From a virus (lineage: Duplodnaviria > Heunggongvirae > Uroviricota > Caudoviricetes): DNA of 15,806 nt. The stretch lies in the IMG/VR virus record IMGVR_UViG_2623620496_000009, one strand, 5' to 3'. The notes below the pieces were generated by a model. That model saw only the letters and a program-made list of their open reading frames with translations, made no database searches and had not been told where the DNA came from. The first letter of the stretch is position 1. Every line of letters begins with the position of its first letter. The translations under genes were made by a program, and so were the position numbers. Positions 1 through 8,829 of this stretch are shown here, one piece after another.

Positions 1-258
1 ATGCAAACCGTTATTTTTGGTCGTTCGGGTTGCCCTTACTGTGTGCGTGCAAAAGATCTGGCTGAGAAATTGAGCAATGAACGCGATGATTTTCAGTATC
101 AGTATGTAGATATTCGTGCGGAAGGGATCACTAAAGAAGATCTACAACAAAAGGCAGGTAAACCCGTAGAAACCGTGCCGCAGATTTTTGTCGATCAGCA
201 ACATATCGGCGGCTATACCGATTTTGCTGCATGGGTGAAAGAAAATCTGGACGCCTGA
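1..258 (+). CDS. grxA: Glutaredoxin 1
   Basis: Complete 85-aa ORF starting with ATG at position 1. CPYC active-site motif (GCPYCVRAK) and overall sequence recognised as E. coli GrxA. Confidence 0.95.
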   Translation: MQTVIFGRSGCPYCVRAKDLAEKLSNERDDFQYQYVDIRAEGITKEDLQQKAGKPVETVPQIFVDQQHIGGYTDFAAWVKENLDA

Positions 259-267
259 TCGTCTGAC

Positions 268-300
268 AAGCCCTCGCGTTGAGGGCTTTACTGATTTTTT
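268..300 (+). terminator. Putative intrinsic terminator downstream of grxA
   Basis: Inverted repeat aagccctc / gagggctt (268-275 and 281-288) with a 5-nt loop, followed by a T-run at 295-300. It overlaps the convergent ybjM stop codon. Confidence 0.5.
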
Positions 301-665
301 CTGTGCTGTGGTTTAAACAAACTACTGATAAATAAGAAACACAGTGCCCCCAGCGCACACCAGAACACCGCGCTTAGTAACCATGCCAGCTCTTGCCAGA
401 ATGAGCGCGTCGGTGAAAAAAACAGCCGCATAATGAGCATCGAACAGGGTGCCGCCAGCATTGCGCCAAACAGAGGTTTCAGGACTTCTCTACGCTGTGA
501 AAAGAAGCTGGCGACTGCTCCAGGAAGAATGAAAAATAGCAAGCCGATTTCAGGATGCCCGGCAGCCCGAAAAGCGCCTTTCATGTGCGTCGCCAGAAAA
601 AGGCACACCACAATGAAGAGGACAAAACAGCAGATTGCCCCCGCCCAACGTTGTTTATGTTTCAC
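288..665 (-). CDS. ybjM: Inner membrane protein YbjM
   Basis: 125-aa hydrophobic ORF convergent with grxA, matching the length and conserved position of E. coli ybjM between grxA and ybjL. Confidence 0.85.
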   Translation of the reverse strand: MKHKQRWAGAICCFVLFIVVCLFLATHMKGAFRAAGHPEIGLLFFILPGAVASFFSQRREVLKPLFGAMLAAPCSMLIMRLFFSPTRSFWQELAWLLSAVFWCALGALCFLFISSLFKPQHRKNQ

Positions 666-934
666 TCGTTCCTCCTGACACTGCGTCTATCGAACACATT
701 TTTCGCCAGTGTGGCGTTCAGTAAGATAAAGCCGCTTCGCATTCCATGCTAATATAGGCCAACGCAATTCATATAGCCGTTGATACCTAATGTGATTACA
801 CTAGTAAAATATATTGTTACTTTACTATCGTTTAGGTGCGCTGAATGAATCTGCGCCCTGAATTCTGGTAAAAAACATTATCGTAAATTACCATTTCTTT
901 CAACAGCTTACTAGTAAACAAGAAGTTAGCCTCC

Positions 935-2620
935 GTGAATATAAACGTCGCCGAATTGTTAAATGGGAATTACATTTTGTTATTATTTGTGGTCCTCGCG
1001 CTTGGGCTATGTCTCGGAAAGTTACGACTTGGTTCGATCCAACTGGGTAATTCCATTGGCGTTTTAGTCGTATCGCTGTTATTAGGCCAACAACATTTCA
1101 GCATTAACACCGATGCGCTTAATCTTGGCTTTATGCTGTTTATTTTCTGCGTCGGGGTCGAAGCCGGACCGAACTTTTTTTCCATTTTTTTTCGCGATGG
1201 GAAAAATTACCTAATGTTAGCACTGGTGATGGTTGGCAGTGCGCTGGTGATCGCCTTAGGGTTAGGTAAGCTGTTTGGCTGGGATATTGGCCTGACGGCC
1301 GGTATGTTAGCAGGCTCTATGACGTCGACACCGGTTCTGGTCGGTGCTGGCGATACACTGCGTCATTCCGGCATGGAAAGCAGGCAGCTCTCACTGGCAC
1401 TGGATAATCTGAGCCTCGGGTATGCCTTAACCTATTTAATCGGTCTGGTGAGTTTGATTGTTGGTGCGCGTTACTTGCCGAAATTGCAGCATCAGGACTT
1501 ACAGACCAGCGCCCAGCAAATCGCCCGCGAACGTGGCCTGGACACTGATGCCAACCGTAAGGTTTATTTACCGGTGATCCGCGCCTATCGCGTCGGCCCG
1601 GAGCTGGTGGCCTGGACCGACGGCAAAAATCTGCGTGAACTGGGTATTTATCGACAAACCGGCTGCTACATTGAACGTATTCGACGTAACGGGATTCTGG
1701 CAAATCCAGACGGTGATGCCGTGCTACAAATGGGCGATGAAATAGCGTTGGTAGGCTATCCCGACGCCCATGCCCGACTCGATCCCAGCTTCCGTAACGG
1801 TAAAGAAGTTTTCGATCGTGACCTTCTCGACATGCGTATCGTCACTGAAGAAGTGGTCGTTAAAAACCATAACGCTGTAGGTAAACGTCTCGCACAACTG
1901 AAGTTGACCGATCACGGTTGCTTCCTTAACCGCGTCATTCGTAGCCAGATTGAGATGCCGATAGATGACAACGTCGTGCTTAACAAAGGTGACGTTTTAC
2001 AAGTCAGCGGTGATGCCCGTCGCGTAAAAACCATCGCCGATCGCATCGGCTTTATCTCGATTCACAGCCAGGTCACTGACCTGCTGGCATTTTGCGCCTT
2101 CTTTGTTATTGGGCTGATGATCGGGATGATCACCTTCCAGTTCAGCACATTCAGTTTCGGCATGGGGAACGCTGCCGGGTTGTTATTCGCCGGAATTATG
2201 CTGGGCTTTATGCGTGCTAACCACCCGACCTTCGGTTACATTCCGCAAGGTGCATTAAGCATGGTGAAAGAGTTCGGCTTGATGGTGTTTATGGCAGGCG
2301 TTGGTCTGAGCGCCGGTAGCGGTATTAATAACGGCCTGGGCGCGATTGGCGGTCAGATGTTGATTGCCGGATTAATTGTCAGTCTTGTGCCCGTGGTTAT
2401 CTGTTTCTTGTTCGGTGCTTATGTATTGCGAATGAACCGCGCACTGTTGTTCGGCGCAATGATGGGCGCACGCACCTGCGCGCCGGCAATGGAGATCATC
2501 AGTGATACAGCTCGCAGTAACATCCCTGCGCTGGGCTATGCGGGCACCTACGCAATCGCCAACGTCCTGCTGACGCTGGCAGGGACAATCATCGTCATGG
2601 TATGGCCAGGATTAGGATAA
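935..2620 (+). CDS. ybjL: Putative AAE-family transporter YbjL
   Basis: 561-aa ORF with a GTG start at 935. Hydrophobic N- and C-terminal halves flank a soluble central region, and the N-terminus [25 protein letters not shown] is recognised as E. coli YbjL. Confidence 0.9.
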
Positions 2621-2732
2621 AACTGAAGTTGCCCTGAAAATGAAATTTTTTTGCACAACCGCAGAACTTTTCCGCAGGGCATCAGTCTTAATTAATGCCA
2701 CTGCTTTTCTTTGATGTCCCCATTTTGTGGAG

Positions 2733-2775
2733 CCCATCAACCCCGCCATTTCGGTTCAAGGTTGATGGGTTTTTT
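2733..2775 (+). terminator. Rho-independent terminator-like hairpin in the ybjL / prophage-end spacer
   Basis: Perfect 10-bp inverted repeat cccatcaacc (2733-2742) / ggttgatggg (2760-2769) with a 17-nt loop, immediately followed by tttttt (2770-2775). Confidence 0.55.
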
Positions 2776-2855
2776 GTTGCCTAAAATTTATTCTATTTAA
2801 AATCATGAGGTTAGAAGCACTGTTTTTTAACGATGGCGACAAAATGGCGGCAGCG

Positions 2856-3074
2856 TCAAAGAGAGAGCGCCACCTGTCCTGATTTCATTGGATGCGGCTG
2901 AACCGGATTTGACTCTTTTGGCGTTGCAATCGAACGAACAAAAGTTTCATGGGTAACAAAAGTATGGCTGCAGTTAATATTCTGGCACTGGTTGTAACGC
3001 TCTTTGGTCAATGAAGATACCTGAAAACTGCTGCGAGTATGGGCGGCACTTCCACACAGTGGGCAAATCATCAT
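2856..3074 (-). CDS. ogr: Late-gene transcriptional activator Ogr/Delta family (zinc finger)
   Basis: 72-aa product from the ATG at 3072-3074, MMICPLCGSAAH...YNQCQNINCSHTF, with the Cys-X2-Cys ... Cys-X4-Cys arrangement and strong resemblance to P2 Ogr. The six-frame ORF extends to a GTG at 3107, but the ATG is preceded by a GGGGAG Shine-Dalgarno-like sequence. Confidence 0.85.
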   Translation of the reverse strand: MMICPLCGSAAHTRSSFQVSSLTKERYNQCQNINCSHTFVTHETFVRSIATPKESNPVQPHPMKSGQVALSL

Positions 3075-3111
3075 TTTTCGAGTTCTCCCCATTTTTGCTA
3101 AATTCACAATA

Positions 3112-3139
3112 ATGATACCGCATTATTCCATTTTGCAAA
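3112..3139 (-). promoter_or_regulatory. Candidate sigma70 promoter for ogr
   Basis: On the minus strand, TTTGCA (forward 3134-3139), a 16-bp spacer, then TATCAT (forward 3112-3117), about 35 nt upstream of the ogr ATG. Confidence 0.4.
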
Positions 3140-3164
3140 CTTAAAAGTTCTCCATTGCGAAGAA

Positions 3165-4265
3165 TCATTCCATTTCGAAATCATCAATCCTCACTTCAAG
3201 CTCCAGACTGGTCGTAAAACCGTTATCCGGGCTGACGGTATGCGTCAGAGTCGTAATGGTCCATTCCGCATCATCTATCGGCTGTTTAAAGCCACTGACT
3301 TTCACTGGCATTTCCGTGTAGAGATCTGCCCGACCTTCCGCCAGTTGTAGCGAGAATGACGCAACGCCGCGTTGCAGGCGTTCCCACTGCATTTTCGCCG
3401 CTCGTTCGGCGTTGCTCCGGTTGGCATAAGTGCGATTAAGTACCAGCACGTTTTCATCCGTACCCACCAGGTAATCGCCCTGCTTCGCTTCCGGCTCTTT
3501 CTTCTGCTTCTTAGTCCTGCGCTTACGCTTCACCGTGGTGCTTTCTTTCTTCGAGGGTTCGCGAGTATGCAACCAGCTGGCAATTACGCCCGTGTAAGCT
3601 CCGCGATCTGCCAGGGTAAAGCGGTGACTGTCGCCGTCCTTACGTGTGATAGTGATCACCGGCAGTGGTTTACCGCTGGCACTTTTACCCTGTCCCTGTC
3701 GGATGAATAACAGATTGCCATTTTTCACTGACGCGATAGCACCGTACTGGCGCGCCAGCCGCATCAGAAAACTGCCGTCACTCTCATTAGTCTGGTCTAT
3801 ATGTTCCACGGGCTTATCCGACAGGTCATTACCCAGTGCCATCTTCAGCTTGTGACGCGCGGCTATTTCCTTGACCACTTCCCCGACAGTGGTCTTGTGC
3901 CACGACTTTTCACGGCGGGTATTCAGCGTTTCACGAAAATCAGCACTTCGCGCCCGGATAGTCAGGCGGTCCGGTGCGCCAGTGTGTTCAATCTCGTCCA
4001 CCGTGAATGCCCCTTTCGGGAAAAGCGGCTGCCCCTTCCAGCCCAGCGCCAGCGTAATGACCGCACCACGGCGCGGCAGCGCTATTTTTCCATCGGCGTC
4101 GTCCAGCTCCAGATCAAGCTGGTCCGCTTCAAAGCCCCGGTTATCCGTCAGCGTCAGCCTCATCAGGCGGTTATCCAGCACAGTGGTGATATCCCTGCCC
4201 TCAATACTGATGCTGAATGCGGGAGTTTTGTTGCCTTTGTTAAGCAGTTCAGAGCTGAAATTCAC
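3165..4265 (-). CDS. D: Tail protein D (late control gene D family)
   Basis: 366-aa ORF recognised as a P2 gpD homolog. Its start overlaps the U stop by 4 bp. Confidence 0.9.
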   Translation of the reverse strand: MNFSSELLNKGNKTPAFSISIEGRDITTVLDNRLMRLTLTDNRGFEADQLDLELDDADGKIALPRRGAVITLALGWKGQPLFPKGAFTVDEIEHTGAPDRLTIRARSADFRETLNTRREKSWHKTTVGEVVKEIAARHKLKMALGNDLSDKPVEHIDQTNESDGSFLMRLARQYGAIASVKNGNLLFIRQGQGKSASGKPLPVITITRKDGDSHRFTLADRGAYTGVIASWLHTREPSKKESTTVKRKRRTKKQKKEPEAKQGDYLVGTDENVLVLNRTYANRSNAERAAKMQWERLQRGVASFSLQLAEGRADLYTEMPVKVSGFKQPIDDAEWTITTLTHTVSPDNGFTTSLELEVRIDDFEME

Positions 4266-4747
4266 GACAGCAGCCCTCCCACCGTTTTACTGATATCACT
4301 TAAGGCAGATGTTGCCGTGTCCTGCAGATTATTCAGTTGCGTACTGAGATCACCGAACATATCGGACAGGGATTCATCCACCCGTTTGAGCGACAGGGTG
4401 AACTCAATCCGCCGCGGCATACCGTCGCGGAAAAACTCCGTTTTAGTCAGATTCAGTCCCTCAATCACATACATGCCGTAAATCGTGCCGCTGCCTTCAA
4501 TCAGGGGCCATGCTTTTCCCTGTTCTGCCATCTGCTCCAGAGCCAGCAACGACAGCCTGCCGCCCGTTATCTCCGGCATAAGAACACCAGAAAGCGTCAG
4601 CATGTCGTTGTCCGGTCCCAGAAACTGCGTGGACGGACGACGGTTTACCCGGCTGTTTGCCGCATGTCGCCAGCTGCGTTGATACTGCAGTTCCTGATAC
4701 GGAACGGTGCGCAGCATAAACACGTACAATCCCAGCACCATCATCAT
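4262..4747 (-). CDS. U: Tail protein U (tail terminator)
   Basis: 161-aa ORF, P2 gpU-like in size and position. Its start overlaps the T stop by 4 bp. Confidence 0.85.
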   Translation of the reverse strand: MMMVLGLYVFMLRTVPYQELQYQRSWRHAANSRVNRRPSTQFLGPDNDMLTLSGVLMPEITGGRLSLLALEQMAEQGKAWPLIEGSGTIYGMYVIEGLNLTKTEFFRDGMPRRIEFTLSLKRVDESLSDMFGDLSTQLNNLQDTATSALSDISKTVGGLLS

Positions 4748-7700
4748 GCGTCGTATCCCCCCTGATCGCTGTAGTTACTCCTGGCTTTTGCCTTCAGCCT
4801 GCGTTCACGTTCATCAAGCTGGCGTGCCACCTCCCGCGCAATATCCTGCGCACTTTGTCCTGGCTGCATCTGAATGATGATCTGCGTCGGTGCCTCAATC
4901 CTGTAAACGGGCGGCACAGTGGCTGCACGACTCACCATCGCTTCGCCGCCTTTCGCGGGAAGTGCCAAAGGATGCAACGGTGGAAGCTCTGCAGGCGCGG
5001 CAGCAACGCCCATCATTCCGGCAACAACGGCAGCCAGTGCAGCTGTATTTCTCCGGCTGGTCACATTTGCCGGGCCGTTAACAATTTCCGGCCCGTTTTC
5101 ACCGACGATGCCAAACTGCCCGCGCGGGATATAGCCGCCGCTGTCATACATCCCCGCAAAGCCATATCCCCATGACGGAAAACCACCCGATGGCATCATC
5201 ACTTTACCGTTTGTATTCACCGTCGCAGGTTGCTGACGCGTCACACTTTCCGGTAGTTTCGCCTTTGCGGCCTCTTTACTGACAACGCCGAGTTTCTCCA
5301 GCAACCAGGAAACGCCGGATTTCAGGGAGTCCAGCGGATGCATGACCATATTCAGCCCTTCCGCCAGTGCCTCCCCGAATCGCCGCCCCATTGCCGCTGC
5401 ACTCTGCAGTTCGGCAGAGGTTGACTTAACGGGCGTCAGCAGATCAGTAAACCAGCCCCACAGCGCCTGTACTTTGTCGCCAATCCACTGGAACACGGGC
5501 TTAAGCGGTTCGAATGCTGCACTGACGGGACCTGCCGCCGCTTTGAATCCTTCCACCACGCCACCAAGAAATGCGGTGATGGGTTGCCAGTATTTCCAGA
5601 CAACCAGCGCCACGCCCGCCAGTGCAGTAACCACAAGACCTATCGGACTGAGCAGAGCACCTAACAGACCAGATACGGCATACAGGGCAACGCGCAGCAT
5701 CGCCAGTGGACCAGATGCCAGTACTCGCAGCACCGTGCCTGCGGCGGCCAGTCCACCACGCAGTACCGCCAGAGGATTCATAAACATCACAGCAACAGCA
5801 CGTAAACCGGATAATCCAGACCGCAAAAGTGCAACCGGCGCACCTGCTACAGTTTTCAGGACATTTCCCGTCAGTGATGCCGTGCGGCGCAAAGACGACA
5901 ACGGCGCAGTAAGTAAACCCGCAGCGTGGCCCGATGAAGCAAGCCCGCGTCGCAGCAGTGCCAGTGGTGCGCCAGCCAGCCAGGACAACGCGCTGCTGGT
6001 TCGAGTTACTGCTGCCGTAACGGAAGGTAACGTTTTGATACCCAGCACAGAGAACCCCAGACGGATCACTGCCAGCGGCCCCAGCACTGCAGCTAACACC
6101 ACCGCTAAGGTGCCGAGGCCCACGGTAACCGCAGCCACAACAGCCGCCGCTTTCATCAGTGTGCCCGTCAGTTCCGGGTTAGCTTCCACCCAGCGACGCA
6201 ACGCCCCCGTGACGCTTTTCACCGTGAACAGAATATCCATCAGCGGCTGGCGCAGCGTTTCGCCCAGGCTGCTGAAGGTGTTCTGCGCTCCGGTTTTGAC
6301 CAGCAACCACTGAGCAGAAAGTGAGTCTTTGTTGATGTCGGATTCTTTCTGCATGGAGCCGAGCGCATCATTGCCCGCTGTCAGTTTTAGCTGGCGCTGC
6401 AGTTCCGGCAGGTTGTTTGCCAGTTTCGCCGCGTCATCGCCAAACTCTTTACCAAACAACATGGTCATGGCAGACAGGCGCTTATCCTGCGGCAGCGCGT
6501 TCACCTTCTCCAGCACGCGCTGGATGGTTCCCATCGCATCCTTCGTCATCTGCTTTTCAATCACTTCAGGATTGAGTTTCAGCAGATTCATCCCTTCAAA
6601 GAAACTCTTGCTCTGCATGGTGGCAATGGACAATTCACGCACCATCGCGTTTGCTGCACTGGCTGCAACCTCTGGCGCAGCGCCCAGTGTCAGGAAGGTG
6701 GAACCCAGCGCCGCCGCTTTACGATAATCCAGACGATCAGCCACACCGCCCAGGCGTTGCATGACATCAATGATGTCTGCCCCTTTCGACATGGCGTTAT
6801 CATCCAGATAGTTCAGCGCATCACCGAGCTGTTCAATATTGCGGGTAGGGATTTTGTAGAGCTGGGCGATTTTCCCCAGACTTTCTGACAGTTCATCCGC
6901 TGGCAGCTCAAAGGCTGTTGCCGCCTTTGCTGCCGTACTGGCGAAGGCCAGCAGGTCACGTTTCTGGTCCTCCCAGCTGTCGTCAGGGTTTGCAACGTTC
7001 ATACGCGCACCACCTTCAACCAGTGCAGCGAAGTCCACCGCACCGTTTTCCATCGGCAACTGTTCGCTGGCAGCTTTGATGGCATCCTGCATTTCATAAA
7101 AACGTGCAGTGCGGTTGCCATTATCGTCACGCAGACCATTGACCTGCTTTGCCACACCTTTCATGGCATCTTCCATGCTGGTATAGCTTTTTACTGCCGC
7201 CATCACTGGCGTCCCCATTGCCAGCCCTGCCGCCGTGGTGGTGGCTCCGGTTCCTGCGATGCGATCGCGCACCTCCAGCGAACGGGCATAACTGGCACGC
7301 GCTGCATTCATCCTGCGCTGAGCTTCCCCCAGTCGCTTCAGCCGCGCCTCCTGTTTCGACAGTTCCTGGTTATAACGTGATGTTTCACGGGCTAAACGGG
7401 CAGTTGCTCCCGCATCATCTTTCGCAGAAATTCCCGCCCGGTACAGTTCTGCACGCACAAGCGCCGTTTGCTTCTGCAAATATTTTTGTTGTTCTTCCAG
7501 GCGTTGGACTGCCAGTGTTTGCCGACCTAAAGCCACAAGGTGCCGTTGTGATGGTTGTTCCATCGCTTCCAGCTCAGAACTAAGCAAATTTGCCTTCTGT
7601 CTGGCATAGTTCAGCCTGTCGCCTAACTTTTTGTTATCGGCCTGCAGCTTGCGAAATTTTTCCAGGCTGTTACCCGCCTGATTGAGTTGCTTTAATGCGT

Positions 7701-7821
7701 CACGGGAGTTTCTGATTGCGCCAGCCAGCTCTTTCGAACTGGCCTGTGCAGCACGGAATGGGCGGGTGAGTTTGTCAACCGCATTAAGAATGACCTGCAG
7801 GCGCAGGTTATTATCACTCAT
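4744..7821 (-). CDS. T: Tail tape measure protein
   Basis: 1025-aa ORF with a coiled-coil-like N-terminal region, a central Ala/Leu/Gly-rich hydrophobic repeat region (PLAxLRxGL-like motifs) and a C-terminal domain; P2 gpT-like position after E/E'. Confidence 0.9.
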   Translation of the reverse strand: MSDNNLRLQVILNAVDKLTRPFRAAQASSKELAGAIRNSRDALKQLNQAGNSLEKFRKLQADNKKLGDRLNYARQKANLLSSELEAMEQPSQRHLVALGRQTLAVQRLEEQQKYLQKQTALVRAELYRAGISAKDDAGATARLARETSRYNQELSKQEARLKRLGEAQRRMNAARASYARSLEVRDRIAGTGATTTAAGLAMGTPVMAAVKSYTSMEDAMKGVAKQVNGLRDDNGNRTARFYEMQDAIKAASEQLPMENGAVDFAALVEGGARMNVANPDDSWEDQKRDLLAFASTAAKAATAFELPADELSESLGKIAQLYKIPTRNIEQLGDALNYLDDNAMSKGADIIDVMQRLGGVADRLDYRKAAALGSTFLTLGAAPEVAASAANAMVRELSIATMQSKSFFEGMNLLKLNPEVIEKQMTKDAMGTIQRVLEKVNALPQDKRLSAMTMLFGKEFGDDAAKLANNLPELQRQLKLTAGNDALGSMQKESDINKDSLSAQWLLVKTGAQNTFSSLGETLRQPLMDILFTVKSVTGALRRWVEANPELTGTLMKAAAVVAAVTVGLGTLAVVLAAVLGPLAVIRLGFSVLGIKTLPSVTAAVTRTSSALSWLAGAPLALLRRGLASSGHAAGLLTAPLSSLRRTASLTGNVLKTVAGAPVALLRSGLSGLRAVAVMFMNPLAVLRGGLAAAGTVLRVLASGPLAMLRVALYAVSGLLGALLSPIGLVVTALAGVALVVWKYWQPITAFLGGVVEGFKAAAGPVSAAFEPLKPVFQWIGDKVQALWGWFTDLLTPVKSTSAELQSAAAMGRRFGEALAEGLNMVMHPLDSLKSGVSWLLEKLGVVSKEAAKAKLPESVTRQQPATVNTNGKVMMPSGGFPSWGYGFAGMYDSGGYIPRGQFGIVGENGPEIVNGPANVTSRRNTAALAAVVAGMMGVAAAPAELPPLHPLALPAKGGEAMVSRAATVPPVYRIEAPTQIIIQMQPGQSAQDIAREVARQLDERERRLKAKARSNYSDQGGYDA

Positions 7822-8250
7822 CGTTAGCCCCGCTTCTCTGAATCGCTTTATACCGCCATTCCAGCACTTCGGTCAGCGGCATAACGTCAGTAACGGATGG
7901 CGGCCAGTGAAAGATGGTGGCGATATCAGCCACCAGATCGTCAACCGTCAGGCTGTCGGTAAACCGGCAAGCACCGACTTCTTCAACAAAAAAGTGACAA
8001 CCTCAACCGACATAGCGGTGAGATCTGCCGGGTCCATCTCTGCAATTTCCTGTGCAGTCAGTGCCGGGCTGGAGATGCGGGGGATCACGGTCATCATCGC
8101 GTTCACATCCATATCCATAATGGCCTGCAGGCGTGTACCGCGCAGTGCACCAGACTGCGGTTTACGCAGCACAATTTCGGTGATTTCCGTTTTACCGCGC
8201 TTGATAGGGGTATCCAGTTGAATAGTCTTTTCAGTCTGCTTATCGCTCAT
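7814..8250 (-). CDS. E+E': E+E' tail assembly chaperone made by a programmed -1 frameshift (about 145 aa)
   Basis: Slippery site TTTTTTG on the minus strand (forward 7987-7993). The -1 frame stays open for about 57 codons (VEEVGACRFTDS...AIQRSGANDE) to a TGA at 7814-7816 that overlaps the T start codon (ATGAGTGA). The predicted size is close to the P2 E+E' product as recalled. Confidence 0.6.
7948..8250 (-). CDS. E: Tail assembly chaperone E
   Basis: 100-aa ORF directly upstream of T, with a T6G slippery heptamer 12 codons before its stop; P2 gpE-like. Confidence 0.85.
   Translation of the reverse strand: MSDKQTEKTIQLDTPIKRGKTEITEIVLRKPQSGALRGTRLQAIMDMDVNAMMTVIPRISSPALTAQEIAEMDPADLTAMSVEVVTFLLKKSVLAGLPTA
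7987..7993 (-). other. Programmed -1 ribosomal frameshift slippery heptamer (U UUU UUG)
   Basis: Forward caaaaaa is TTTTTTG on the coding strand, aligned X XXY YYZ in the E reading frame. Confidence 0.6.
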
Positions 8251-8304
8251 TTTGTTGTCCTGTAAATTGGGTTCTGGCGCGGAATCCCGCGCCGTTCAGA
8301 TACA

Positions 8305-8820
8305 TCAGAGGCCGAGGGCGTTGCGGTGCGCTTCCATCAGGTCCACACCGTCCACAATTTCCACCATGTTGATAAGGTCCACTTCATAGAGCACCTCACC
8401 ATTGATAGTCAGCTTCGCGTAGCTGTTGGTACTGGTCACTTTGGTGGTGTTGCTTTCGCCCGTCTTCCACTCACCGGAATCCACTTCTTTGTGACGTCCG
8501 CGCACCACAAGCTCCACGGCCTGCACTTCCCCGGTATCGTCACGCTGGATAGAGCCGGTAAAGCGCAACTGGATACCATCCACCGTGGCTTTGCCCATCT
8601 GCTTAAACAGCAGCAGTTCAGTACCACCAATGGAAAATTCCGTATCCAGTGCGCCGTCATCCAGCCCCAGATCAACATCCACTGCACCCGGCATTCCGCC
8701 GCCGCGATACTTCTCATATTTGCGGGTGAATTTCGGCAGCGTCAGCGACTCAACGATCCCCTGCCAGTTGTTCCCGTCATTAAACAGGTTCAGGTGTTTT
8801 AATTTGCGTGGTAAAGCCAT
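8305..8820 (-). CDS. FII: Tail tube protein FII
   Basis: 171-aa ORF recognised as a P2 gpFII homolog, 9 bp downstream of FI. Confidence 0.9.
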   Translation of the reverse strand: MALPRKLKHLNLFNDGNNWQGIVESLTLPKFTRKYEKYRGGGMPGAVDVDLGLDDGALDTEFSIGGTELLLFKQMGKATVDGIQLRFTGSIQRDDTGEVQAVELVVRGRHKEVDSGEWKTGESNTTKVTSTNSYAKLTINGEVLYEVDLINMVEIVDGVDLMEAHRNALGL

Positions 8821-8829
8821 GTTGTCCCC

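Noticed and set aside
433-752. Plus-strand ORFs of 81 and 65 aa overlapping ybjM
   Set aside because: They are antisense to the ybjM membrane-protein gene; basic, low-complexity translations.
1317-1915. Minus-strand ORFs of 128 and 63 aa inside ybjL
   Set aside because: They are antisense to the well-supported ybjL coding sequence.
2733-2775. Possible tRNA 3' fragment at the prophage junction (ttcggttcaagg resembling a T-loop)
   Set aside because: No acceptor stem or CCA-compatible end could be built by eye, and the region folds as a simple 10-bp hairpin with a T-run; better explained as a terminator.
2974-3168. 64-aa minus-strand ORF spanning the ogr N-terminus and the D-ogr spacer
   Set aside because: It is in a different frame from ogr and covers the predicted ogr promoter; no conserved features.
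3372-4481. Plus-strand ORFs of 112, 69, 226 and 140 aa opposite D and U
   Set aside because: They are antisense to recognisable phage tail genes, and no independent start or RBS context was seen.
5342-6313. 323-aa plus-strand ORF (and several shorter ones from 4855 to 7583) antisense to the tape measure gene
   Set aside because: It lies entirely inside the well-supported minus-strand T gene. The product is low-complexity and Ala/Pro/Ser/Thr/Arg-rich, as expected for the reverse strand of an Ala/Leu/Gly-rich gene.
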